64,000 bases of DNA. It comes from Candidatus Micrarchaeota archaeon. GTDB taxonomy: Archaea > Micrarchaeota > Micrarchaeia > Anstonellales > Bilamarchaeaceae. Each line of letters opens with the position of its first letter. Position 1 is the stretch's first letter. Under the pieces are notes generated by a model. It was not told the origin of the DNA and made no database searches. It was given only the letters and a program-made list of their open reading frames with translations. Shown here in pieces: positions 40,191-49,958 of the stretch. The position numbers and the translations under genes are program-made. Location of the stretch: assembly GCA_038046805.1 (NCBI GenBank), contig JBBSVO010000006.1, positions 164,452 to 228,451 on the forward strand, written 5' to 3'.

Positions 40191-40307
40191 TCCCCAAGTT
40201 GCGTTTCCAGTTTTGAGTTTCGCGTCTCGCGTAACGATGCGGGATACAAAACGCTAAACGCAAGACCCAAGACGCTGGGTCCAAGACAATAGTGCGTGGC
40301 GACCAAG

Positions 40308-41306
40308 ATGCAGAAAGAAGGCGAAGATGGACCAGTAAAGTTGGATAGGTTGGACTACCAAATCCTCTATGAGTTGGACTGCGACGGGTTCCAATCATTG
40401 TCAAAAATCGGAAAGAAGCTGCGCGCAGGCAGGGACGTGATGCATTACCGCGTAAAACGTCTTGAAGAACTCGGAATAATAAAAAAATACGTTCCGATTA
40501 TTGATTACGGAAAGATGGGTTACACAGCCGGTGCAGTGTATATCAAATTCCATCACGACACTCCCGAGCTTCGGGCGGAAATCATAGAATACTACAAAAA
40601 CAATAACGATGTCTGGTGGCTTTTCGACATGACGCCGAACTTTGATATTGCGTTCGGATGGTTTGGCAAGAGTCTCGCGGAACTCACCGACAAACGAATC
40701 GAGCTGCTCCGCAAATACAGAAAATATTTCCGGGAATTTAAATTCCGCATTTACAACTGCCATCATCATTTCAAAAGGGATTATCTGATGCAGCCGCAAG
40801 GCAGGCGGGACGCCCGCACTTTGCCATCGGTTGTCGTTTCCGCAGGAACCGAAAAAATCACGGACGAAACTGATGATAAAATCCTGAAAATCCTTTCCGA
40901 AAACGCGCGGCTCCCATACACGGAAATCGCAAATAAGCTAGAACTCTCCGCAGCACAAGTTCATTATCGCATCCAGAATCTAAAATCAAAAAAAATCCTG
41001 CTGGGTGCAAAACCAATGCTTGATTTGCAAAAACTGGGGCACGGGCTTTTCAAACTGGACATTTACCTGGATGATTATTCAATCTACGAAGACCTGAGAA
41101 AATTCGTTTTCTCGCTTCCAAATGCCGTCTATGCTTATGACGTAATAGGAGGCGCAGATATAGAGCTTGATTTTGAAGTCAAAAATTTCCCAGAACTTTC
41201 GCAGATTCAGGACATCATCAAATCAAAATTCGGAAAGTCAATCAGCCATATGGAATATTATCATTTCCCGAAAGAGTATAAGCTGGGCTATTTCCCGGGG
41301 ATATAA
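40308..41306 (+). CDS. Tandem Lrp/AsnC regulator
   Basis: Two LD..D..IL..L....R/S..I.K.L....V.YR...L HTH+RAM units. Confidence 0.92.
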   Translation: MQKEGEDGPVKLDRLDYQILYELDCDGFQSLSKIGKKLRAGRDVMHYRVKRLEELGIIKKYVPIIDYGKMGYTAGAVYIKFHHDTPELRAEIIEYYKNNNDVWWLFDMTPNFDIAFGWFGKSLAELTDKRIELLRKYRKYFREFKFRIYNCHHHFKRDYLMQPQGRRDARTLPSVVVSAGTEKITDETDDKILKILSENARLPYTEIANKLELSAAQVHYRIQNLKSKKILLGAKPMLDLQKLGHGLFKLDIYLDDYSIYEDLRKFVFSLPNAVYAYDVIGGADIELDFEVKNFPELSQIQDIIKSKFGKSISHMEYYHFPKEYKLGYFPGI

Positions 41307-41333
41307 CTAAATTTTATCCCTACAATCTGTGTA

Positions 41334-43100
41334 TCACGCCGGCATTCTCGCACCGTTTCTCCTATCTAGGCCAGAACCTCTTCCGGAATCCATATGTTTT
41401 CTTCCCATCGAAGCAGTTTTTGTATTACTAATATTGTGCACGATTGTTGCTATCCTTCGAATAGTTGCATTCTCACCGGAAATAAATCCACGCATTTTTT
41501 TCCTTACTTCTTCATCCCCGCGTGCCAACTTTATCATGTGTTCAGTAATAAGACCTTCCAATTCTGGTTTTGCCCCAACATATTCTGCAATCCCATCCAT
41601 CACATCTCTTTTGCACGGGCCGAGAAATCCGAATAGTTCCATTGCTATGGAGTGCATTGCCGTATCTGCAATGTTCCCGCCGCCTTCCAGCATCTTGTCA
41701 AACAGTTCGCGTACCCCCGGCCTTCTTTTGAACGAAATTGCGACTGCCATCCTCGTTATCACTAATTCTGCTGTTTTATTCGTAATTTGTTGATTCACAA
41801 ATTGTGGGTTTGAGACTGAGGCCTCACTGCTTGCTAGGCATGTTGTTTGGTTACGTTGTTCAAGTGTTCGTATCACTTTTTCGGCAAATGCAACAGCTCT
41901 CCATCTTTTTTCCGGGTCGTTTTTTCCAAGGCGGTATTCTATCCCAGATGTTGCTGCCCTCCAGTGCGGTCCTTCCAATACCTGTGCAGTAATACTGATT
42001 AGTGCATCATTAGCTGGCGTATCCTTGTCTGGTTCAAATCTCTTTGCACATTCCCTTGCTGCGTGAAAAGTTTCTCTAGACCCCATTGTAATCTCTTTTA
42101 TTGCGTCCTTACATCTCTGGTTATACCCTCTTTTCTGGGCAAGTTCCATTAGGTTGGCCAGGCATTCAACGCCGAAAGTGCTGTTGAATGTAATTTCTAT
42201 GTACATCTCCTGGCCACGTCGGGAAATACACTCATCAACAGCCCATATTAATTCGCCAATGTTTTCGGACGCCTTTTTCATGAATTCGGCATCTTCCTTT
42301 CTGTTCCTTCCTTTTACAATCCCTGCCAGAACCGTTTTGACGTGGGGATATGAACGGTCGTCTGCAATCGCATGCTTAATGAATTTCCATATGGGCCAGA
42401 ATTCCGGAATTCTGGTACCGAGCATAACAAGCAGTTCTGCACCGCGTTTCTGTTCCTCTCCATTGGCCAATGAGCGGACCAGAGATTTTATAAAAACAGC
42501 GCGCTCGTCAGGTGGAATAGAGCACACAATATTAATTGCGGTTTTTGTGAATTGTTCTGTGCATGTTGGTCTGAAAAGCACTGCATTCAGACTGCCACAG
42601 ATACCGATCGCCATTTTTTTATCTGCATTTGCAAGTGAAACAAGCGCCCTTTCTGCATCCAACAATGTTTTTCCTTCCACTCTTGCTGCAACCTCAACTG
42701 CGTTCACAGCAACTTTTTTAGGATAATCTCTAACAAGTCGCACAATGAAACTCTCGCAGAACAATCTTAGCCTGGTCCGTCCGGTTTCATTTGCTCCCCC
42801 CTCTTGTAAATGTTCAATGGATTTTTCAAATATCACTTCGGTCAATGTATCCGGGTCTAATACTCCACTCTTTCTTATCTGCTCTTCCAGTTCAATAAGC
42901 TCTCTGAGAAATCCGTCCAAACAGGTTGCAAATACTTCGGTTTTATCGACTTCAAAATAAACAGGTTTGAGCCATTCGGTCACAGTAGTCGTTATAAGTT
43001 TTTTTCCAGAACGTATTTCTGTGAATAATCTATATGTAAGTCCGTCAGTAAATATTCTCGCACATATGCGTGCCTGTTCCAGTTCTGCTTCGGTATACAT
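41334..43100 (-). CDS. large helical orphan
   Basis: 588-aa ORF, GTGATG upstream. Confidence 0.7.
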   Translation of the reverse strand: MYTEAELEQARICARIFTDGLTYRLFTEIRSGKKLITTTVTEWLKPVYFEVDKTEVFATCLDGFLRELIELEEQIRKSGVLDPDTLTEVIFEKSIEHLQEGGANETGRTRLRLFCESFIVRLVRDYPKKVAVNAVEVAARVEGKTLLDAERALVSLANADKKMAIGICGSLNAVLFRPTCTEQFTKTAINIVCSIPPDERAVFIKSLVRSLANGEEQKRGAELLVMLGTRIPEFWPIWKFIKHAIADDRSYPHVKTVLAGIVKGRNRKEDAEFMKKASENIGELIWAVDECISRRGQEMYIEITFNSTFGVECLANLMELAQKRGYNQRCKDAIKEITMGSRETFHAARECAKRFEPDKDTPANDALISITAQVLEGPHWRAATSGIEYRLGKNDPEKRWRAVAFAEKVIRTLEQRNQTTCLASSEASVSNPQFVNQQITNKTAELVITRMAVAISFKRRPGVRELFDKMLEGGGNIADTAMHSIAMELFGFLGPCKRDVMDGIAEYVGAKPELEGLITEHMIKLARGDEEVRKKMRGFISGENATIRRIATIVHNISNTKTASMGRKHMDSGRGSGLDRRNGARMPA

Positions 43101-43362
43101 ACATCACATTATCTGGTCGGTTGTATTTTTATAAGTTTGGTGGGCCGTTTCTTTTGTCAATTTCCTCGTTTCGGAGGGTTTTTAAATTGTTTCTACGAAT
43201 GTATATTTGTGGCATCTATTATAGGATGAATTAGCAATATCCCGAGACAAGAATGTTTTCTCGTCTCGATCTATACTGAACCAACGATATAAAACCAAAA
43301 ATCGTAAATCGGAATTACATACTTGGTTCAGTATATAAGATGAATTAACAAGGTTGATACAC

Positions 43363-44163
43363 ATGACACTTCAGGCTGGATGTAATGTCCGTAAGTTAGA
43401 AGACTGCTCGGTGTTGATTACTATGGGCAATGTCCCTGGTGGTTCAGTGCTTGCCGTTACGCTTGAAAAACAGAATCTGAAAGCATTTCTGCATTTTGTT
43501 TCCTGCAAACAAATCCGTGCAGCTGCGAATCTTTTGGCTTCGGTGTATTCCATTTCACCTGGGAACTCTCTGGTTTTTGTAGATATATTTGTGAATTCTG
43601 CTGTTGGAAAACAAATGATTTCTGAATTTAATTCTTCAAGTGCCTTGCCTGCGTCTCAACAAATGCTCGAATCACCGCGCAAACCACATTTGCAATCAGT
43701 ATCCCTTACCCATGACGGCGGAATCCAAATAACTACAAAAAATGGCGGTTTGGATATGAAGCAGGATTTGTTGAATCGCATTTTATCTGCGTATGTACAT
43801 AACGGGGAGCAAGCTATGACAGATGAGCTTGTAAACGGGATGCGAGGGCTAAACAGGGATTTTGCAACAAAATGTGTTCGTGCGTTTCTTGAGTCTGAAG
43901 TTGGCAGGGGTCTGGTCCGCAATCACAATCCCAAGGACACGCAGACAGGTGGCCAGAAGCCCAGAACAGGAAGGCACTTGGACTTTACCACGTGGACCGT
44001 CATATTATTCGCAGCCGCATCTATGGGTGTAGGTTCACTAAGCCATTTATCCGAACGCGATGATCGGATTGTAAGAACAAGAGAAATGGTGGCAAGATTT
44101 TGCGGAAAAGCAGAACAAGGCGCAACTCGCCCGGCGGTCAACACCCGTCGGCTATTTTACTGA
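43363..44163 (+). CDS. orphan with internal duplication and C-terminal TM helix
   Basis: FVNSAVGK / FLESEVGR repeat. Confidence 0.6.
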   Translation: MTLQAGCNVRKLEDCSVLITMGNVPGGSVLAVTLEKQNLKAFLHFVSCKQIRAAANLLASVYSISPGNSLVFVDIFVNSAVGKQMISEFNSSSALPASQQMLESPRKPHLQSVSLTHDGGIQITTKNGGLDMKQDLLNRILSAYVHNGEQAMTDELVNGMRGLNRDFATKCVRAFLESEVGRGLVRNHNPKDTQTGGQKPRTGRHLDFTTWTVILFAAASMGVGSLSHLSERDDRIVRTREMVARFCGKAEQGATRPAVNTRRLFY

Positions 44164-44223
44164 TTTTTTTGGCAAATTCCTCGTTTCAGCAGGTTTTTAA
44201 ATTGTTGTGGTCAGTATATATAC

Positions 44224-44736
44224 ATGGCTTTTGTTCTTAGGGTCTTTGATAGGGGTCATTCTATTACAGTATTTACTAAAAGCCCAGATCTAAGTAGTTT
44301 TAAGGATTTGGATCCTTCAAAAAGAAAAATTTTGGAAGATCATACTTTAATGCATTTAAATAGGGATTATGAGATCCCACACAGCAACTTTTCTATTGGC
44401 AGGAGTAGTTACAGGCATTCATTGGGAAAAGGATGCATCCTGCCCAATATTGCACTTGATGATGATGCCGTATCTCGATGGCACGGAACTTTTCATATTA
44501 GAGACGGTTCTGTTTTCTACGAGGATCACAGCAGCAATGGTACTCTAGTCGATGGGAAGTGGATCGATCATCGCATTGCGCAACTCAAAGTTGGCGCAGT
44601 CCTAGAGTTGGGAAGTAGCCTTGGGAGTAATCCAAGATTTATGCTCATACTTCTCGAATTAAAGCAGGCCTCAGGTTATCTTGATCTTGGTCCGGTAGAT
44701 CCCCGCTTTATTACTAATCCCGGAATGACGGTATAA
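44224..44736 (+). CDS. FHA domain protein
   Basis: IGRS, VSRWHG, DHSSNGTLVDG. Confidence 0.88.
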   Translation: MAFVLRVFDRGHSITVFTKSPDLSSFKDLDPSKRKILEDHTLMHLNRDYEIPHSNFSIGRSSYRHSLGKGCILPNIALDDDAVSRWHGTFHIRDGSVFYEDHSSNGTLVDGKWIDHRIAQLKVGAVLELGSSLGSNPRFMLILLELKQASGYLDLGPVDPRFITNPGMTV

Positions 44737-44848
44737 TCTGGTTTAGTATATCCGCAATCCGAAACGCGGAACAACAAACGCAAAGTCCAAGCCCCTAGAC
44801 TCTAAATCCCTTTTAAATTCTACGTCTTCTAATTCATCACTGATATTT

Positions 44849-45772
44849 ATGATGCAAATAACCTTTATCGGAACAGGCGGTTCTGCTCCAACTCCATCAC
44901 GTGGTTTACCCGCAATAGCGATCCATGCAAAGGAACTCATGCTTTTTGACTGCGGCGAGGGAACCCAGCGTCAGATGATGCGATATAAAGTCGGCTATGG
45001 TTCAGTGCGTGCAATTTTCATCTCTCATATGCACCTTGACCATTATCTCGGAATTTTCGGGCTTCTTGAAACACTGAGAATGAATTCTCCCTCACCAAAG
45101 CCACTTCACATTTTCGCTCCAGCGGCATTCTATGAAAAATTTTTGGCAATCAGCGGTTACAAAGCGGCAAACTACAAATTTGTTGAAATACATTCAATTC
45201 GCGTCGACGGTTCGAATTCGGAAAGTAAAATTTACGAAAATGATGAATTCGAAGTCAGTGCGTTTCCGGTAGAGCACGGAATGCGGGATGCGTTTGGTTT
45301 CATAATAAAAGAAAAGGACAAGATAAAATTCCACGAAGAAAAAGCACACGGACTCGGATTAAAAGGAAAATTATTCCGCACGATTCAGGACAAGGGTGAG
45401 GTCACGGTTGGCGGAAAGAAAATCAGACTCAAGGAGGTTAGTTGGGTAAAAGAAGGCGCAAGGATAGTTTACACTGGAGACACAACCTCCTCAAAATCCG
45501 TAGCCTCTGCGGCAAAGGGAGCTGCCCTTCTTATCCACGACGCTACTTTTTCATCCGAATCCAATGCCTCCGAAACTGAAAAGCGGGAGCATTCCTCTGC
45601 AAAGGATGCTGCAGAAATCGCAAAAAAAGCTGGAGTAACTCAGCTTGTCCTCACGCATATAAGTGCGAGATATTCTGAAAAAGAAGACAAAACCAGGCTT
45701 TTGGAAGAAGCAAAAGCGGTTTTTTCATCAACAATCCTTGCGGAAGACGGTTTGGTAGTTGATGTAAAATAA
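44849..45772 (+). CDS. rnz: Ribonuclease Z
   Basis: GTGG..PT..R, DCGEGTQRQ, HMHLDH, TGDT, HDAT, HSS, THISARY. Confidence 0.96.
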   Translation: MMQITFIGTGGSAPTPSRGLPAIAIHAKELMLFDCGEGTQRQMMRYKVGYGSVRAIFISHMHLDHYLGIFGLLETLRMNSPSPKPLHIFAPAAFYEKFLAISGYKAANYKFVEIHSIRVDGSNSESKIYENDEFEVSAFPVEHGMRDAFGFIIKEKDKIKFHEEKAHGLGLKGKLFRTIQDKGEVTVGGKKIRLKEVSWVKEGARIVYTGDTTSSKSVASAAKGAALLIHDATFSSESNASETEKREHSSAKDAAEIAKKAGVTQLVLTHISARYSEKEDKTRLLEEAKAVFSSTILAEDGLVVDVK

Positions 45773-46066
45773 AGAGATTTTATGACGTTATCTTCGTCCA
45801 TTCACGAAGTCTATCTCCGTTTAGTGTCGAATCCCATTGGTCTTTTTATAAACCACTGTTTATAATACCACAGAACCTTTTTAAATGTTGTGTTGAACAC
45901 TCTCTCTAATCCCGTTAGAAGTTATTCTCTAGCGGAACCGAGAGGGATCTTTCCTTTCGGGTATGGGGCCTGTGGCGGGAAAAAACCTAGGATCCCGTCG
46001 CGAAAAACCGCCGTTAAAAATTTTAATTCGGCTCCACAAAGGCGGTTAAAAAATTGAGGTGAAAGA

Positions 46067-48817
46067 ATGAAAGTGAACCTGAAGAAAATCGGGGCCATAG
46101 TCGCAGGCGCGACAATATTGGCCAGTTCCGTAGCCTTTGCAGGGCTATGGTTTGGAAACACCCAATTGGTAAACGATAACGGCGCACCAGCTGTTAAAGT
46201 TGTAGTGGGTGAAGGAGCGGCTGCCTCAGACGGTGTTGCTGCAGCAAACATTGCGGCAAAAATCGCGAGCTCGGCTTTCAAGAGCCAGGAGCTAAAGGCA
46301 GAGCTGAAGGGTGAGCCAACCTGTTCCGCAGGAAGCGGAGAGGGAAAGTGTGCTATTAGCAATGAAAAAGTAACTCTGGAAATTACAGTTCCGGGTACGA
46401 TTGCTGAAGGTACATATCAATTGCAGACCCTTATCGGCGACAACGTAGACAGACTGTTGGTTGACAGAGGTGCAAACAGCCTCAGTACCAGTGGTTATGC
46501 GTTTGGATCTGATGCAACGGACACATCAAACCCGTTCACAGACAGTTCGACTTATTTGTCTGGTGGTCCATCCGATACGTCAATCTTTAAGGTTGATGGT
46601 GGAATGTTCACACCGTTTGCAAAATACACTGTAGAGGACCCATATGCGGGAAAGACCTATACAGAAGAGCAGACAATGTGGGTTAAGGGTAAAACAAGAT
46701 ACTCTGAGTCAAAGGATGCAATCGTTGCAGATCTTGACACTCTTGCATATGTATTGAAATTCAAGGGTGCAACAGATGATCTGGGTATCCAGAAGTGTAC
46801 AACGCCAACAAATACGACATTGTACGCCTCATGTACCTCAACAAGCAACTCAGACTACCTGACAAGCACACACAAGACACAAGTTAGTTTCTTGGGTGAA
46901 CCATGGGTAATCAGCGAAATGGATCCGCCAACAACGGCCCTGACAACAGAAACAGGCCTTGTATCTGGTGGTTACGTTAAGCTGGCAAAGGAATCAGTAA
47001 CAGGCGTTCTTAACCAGGGAGATTCATTCGACTTGGGTGACGTGAAGATTGTACTGGATGACCTGGAAGCCCACGGTGAAACAGTCGCAGCTATAGTATC
47101 TATAGTTGACAAAGCCACTGAAAAAGTCTTGAAAAAAGACAAGGCATCAGTAGGAACAACAAAGGAGATAAGTGCAGGTGGAAAAATCTATAGAGTTCAC
47201 CTCTACAAAGTTGCTCCAGGTTATACCTACGGTGCAAAGTGGGCCGACATGGCAGTTTACTCGAAAGAGTTAAAACTCCAGAGCGGTTCCAGGCTTGACC
47301 CGGACTACGACAACAACAAAGAATGGAGAGTTGTCCTTGGTTGGAAAAACAAGGGTGGCGCATCAACAGACGATGATCCAGACTCATTGAGAATGGTAGG
47401 CGTTTGGACAAGCGATGCATACAACCTGATAAACAACAACCTCGTAAAAGGAGACTATGCTCCGTTGGTTCAGGACCCAGTCAAGTGGAAATTGAGCTTT
47501 GCCGGACTCACTACGGTTGAGTACGACTCACTCAAATTCACCATGACAAGGGACAGCGCAAAGAACAACATGCAGTACATTCGTGTAACTGGTACGGCTG
47601 ATGCACAGATCTGCAACTTATCTGCCCCGTATGTATATGTATCATCCTCTAAAGATGGTGCAGTATTTACGATTAGCGGTGCTGCAGGTGGATCAGGTTC
47701 TGGTGCGTCCAACAAGTTCTATGTAGCTGTTGGAGGAATTGACTGCAACACAACTGACACGGCAAACATGCCATCTGGTTCGGTTCTTATGCCTGAATCA
47801 TCCACAAGCGATGATTACTGGGTATTGAGAAACTACTCTGGTCCAACCGGTACGCTGAACGTCACTTACTCATTGGCTGGAGATTCCCAGACCTATGCGT
47901 CAGGTGGTGTGATTTCAGTCCAAAACTGGAGTGCTGCGAACACAACTGCAAACGGCTCGATGAGCGAGTTGAGGATGAACTTTTCCGGAAGCCAGTTAAC
48001 TAACTGGGTATTCGGTGTATCCGAAAAGGCGGGTACAGGGGAATCCTATACCTACTCAGACCACTTTATCTTTGGTCTTGATGTAGCGACCCAGGCATCT
48101 TCGTCAACATTTAATTATGACGAAACAACCTACCCGGTCGGCGACACATCTGGTACGGCGCAGTATTTGTTCAAGAAGGACTATGTAAGGTATGTCTTTG
48201 CTGGCCCAACTGATACGGGCAACACAACCAAAGAAGAGGGATTCATTTCAGAAAGAGGATCCCAATTCGTGGCTGTAGACGATGAGTCTGTGCAATTCAA
48301 GATTGCAAAAGACCTGGCATATGCCAAATTCGTCTTGGCTGCTGCAGAAGGTTCATCTAGCACCGAGGCAACCACAAAGATTCTTGGAGAGGGTGATGAG
48401 ACATCAGTTAGCGGTGTCAAAATAAAAGTAAAAGACATCAGCGAAACTGTTGGCGCATGCAGTGTTGGAACTGGTGCGGCTCCGGCATGCACGGTTGACA
48501 CAGCGGGTCAATCTGCAGTTATAATGCCTGAGGACAAAGCATCAGTGATGGCAGCATTGCCATACTCTGGCTCTCTCGCAGGATTGGTAGTTCTTGACAA
48601 GGATGCATCAGACACGGACGTACTCGTTACGGTCGGTGGTCCTGCAGTCAACACTGTCACTGCGGCTGCACTCGAAGGTTCTGCGGTTGACTTTACTGCA
48701 ACACCAGTTGTAGTAAAGGAAGTAGTTGCTGGCAAGAAGATTGTCGTAGCAGGTTTGACTGCTGATGACACACTTTCTGCTGCGGCTGACTTCGTATCCC
48801 AGCTTAAGAGCCAGTAA
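46067..48817 (+). CDS. S-layer protein (MJ0822-like N/C domains)
   Basis: KKIGAIVAGA signal, VVGE.AAASDGVAAA.IA, VGGPAVN, VVAG.TA.DT..AA. Confidence 0.92.
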   Translation: MKVNLKKIGAIVAGATILASSVAFAGLWFGNTQLVNDNGAPAVKVVVGEGAAASDGVAAANIAAKIASSAFKSQELKAELKGEPTCSAGSGEGKCAISNEKVTLEITVPGTIAEGTYQLQTLIGDNVDRLLVDRGANSLSTSGYAFGSDATDTSNPFTDSSTYLSGGPSDTSIFKVDGGMFTPFAKYTVEDPYAGKTYTEEQTMWVKGKTRYSESKDAIVADLDTLAYVLKFKGATDDLGIQKCTTPTNTTLYASCTSTSNSDYLTSTHKTQVSFLGEPWVISEMDPPTTALTTETGLVSGGYVKLAKESVTGVLNQGDSFDLGDVKIVLDDLEAHGETVAAIVSIVDKATEKVLKKDKASVGTTKEISAGGKIYRVHLYKVAPGYTYGAKWADMAVYSKELKLQSGSRLDPDYDNNKEWRVVLGWKNKGGASTDDDPDSLRMVGVWTSDAYNLINNNLVKGDYAPLVQDPVKWKLSFAGLTTVEYDSLKFTMTRDSAKNNMQYIRVTGTADAQICNLSAPYVYVSSSKDGAVFTISGAAGGSGSGASNKFYVAVGGIDCNTTDTANMPSGSVLMPESSTSDDYWVLRNYSGPTGTLNVTYSLAGDSQTYASGGVISVQNWSAANTTANGSMSELRMNFSGSQLTNWVFGVSEKAGTGESYTYSDHFIFGLDVATQASSSTFNYDETTYPVGDTSGTAQYLFKKDYVRYVFAGPTDTGNTTKEEGFISERGSQFVAVDDESVQFKIAKDLAYAKFVLAAAEGSSSTEATTKILGEGDETSVSGVKIKVKDISETVGACSVGTGAAPACTVDTAGQSAVIMPEDKASVMAALPYSGSLAGLVVLDKDASDTDVLVTVGGPAVNTVTAAALEGSAVDFTATPVVVKEVVAGKKIVVAGLTADDTLSAAADFVSQLKSQ

Positions 48818-48830
48818 AGTGCTGAACTAA

Positions 48831-48895
48831 GGAACGGATAAAACCGTTCCTCTTTCTTTCTTTTTCTATTTTTTATTTTTCTTTTCTAATTTTTA
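48831..48895 (+). terminator. hairpin + T-tract terminator
   Basis: GGAACGG-ATAAAA-CCGTTCC followed by long T runs after the S-layer gene. Confidence 0.7.
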
Positions 48896-49070
48896 TTTAA
48901 TTTTCAAGGGTGACGCGTAAGTAAGCCGGGGAATACAGAACCATCTAAGTGAGATATCGTTTTTGGATATCGAAACCAGAAACTGCGTTGAATCAAGGCT
49001 CATTGCCCACAGCTCAAGGCTCACGGCAATCCAACCACTTATATAAACCTCACGTGCCTAGTTCTTCCTT

Positions 49071-49862
49071 ATGTTGTGTTCCCGTTGTGGTCAGGAAGGA
49101 CATACGGAATATGGTCCTGATGGCCAGTCTTATTGCTCTTCATGCTCATTTTATGGGATGAACAAGCCTTGTTGGAAGTGTAGGATGTATCTTCCCAGTT
49201 CAGAGCTTCAACAGTGGAGGGGTCAGTGGACTTGTCCGTATTGTAGGATGGACCTACAGGATGAAGAGCAACGCATTGAAAAAAAACACGAGAGACACGA
49301 AACCCCAACGACTGTGCATGGGCATGAAGGTGGCGAATACGTTCCTGCAAAACCAATGGGATTTGGTACTGGTGGAATGGCCGAAGCGCATGCCGAGGGC
49401 GAACGTCGCCTTGATTTTGGTGCAGAACAGGAAACCTGCGACAGGTGCAGGCGAAAGCTTACTATGGTGTATATCATCAATGGAAAAAAGTTCTGCGAGG
49501 TCTGCATGGAAGCCGAGAAAAAAAATTGGGAAAGGGCGGATGCAAGGCCAATGATCGTTCGATTCAGAGCAAAAGGCAATGAAGGCCTGCTTGTAAGCCT
49601 TCTTCGCAAAATGGGCGTTGCCCTTGGGGATTACATAAGAAAAAAACGGGAAGAAAAGGTGGAAAAGGAAAAAACTCTGCTATGGAAAAAAGAACTTCAC
49701 GAGAACAAAGGGAAACTGGAAAAACCAACTGTGGAAAAACCGGAAAAACAAGGAGACCCTGAAATCTCCCCAACACAAAAGAAAAAGCACCCGAAGCCAG
49801 AGTTTGAAAAACATACGAATGACTCCGAGACGGAACTCGCGGAAAAAAAGAAAAAAGATTAA
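49071..49862 (+). CDS. multi-CxxC zinc-finger protein
   Basis: Six CxxC pairs, charged tail. Confidence 0.75.
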   Translation: MLCSRCGQEGHTEYGPDGQSYCSSCSFYGMNKPCWKCRMYLPSSELQQWRGQWTCPYCRMDLQDEEQRIEKKHERHETPTTVHGHEGGEYVPAKPMGFGTGGMAEAHAEGERRLDFGAEQETCDRCRRKLTMVYIINGKKFCEVCMEAEKKNWERADARPMIVRFRAKGNEGLLVSLLRKMGVALGDYIRKKREEKVEKEKTLLWKKELHENKGKLEKPTVEKPEKQGDPEISPTQKKKHPKPEFEKHTNDSETELAEKKKKD

Positions 49863-49958
49863 ACGCTAGACGCAAGACTCAGGACTCAAGACCCAAGACT
49901 CCAGACACATACCCCGAGACCCCCTCTATTTTTATTTTTTGCCGCATTTATCCCGCGT

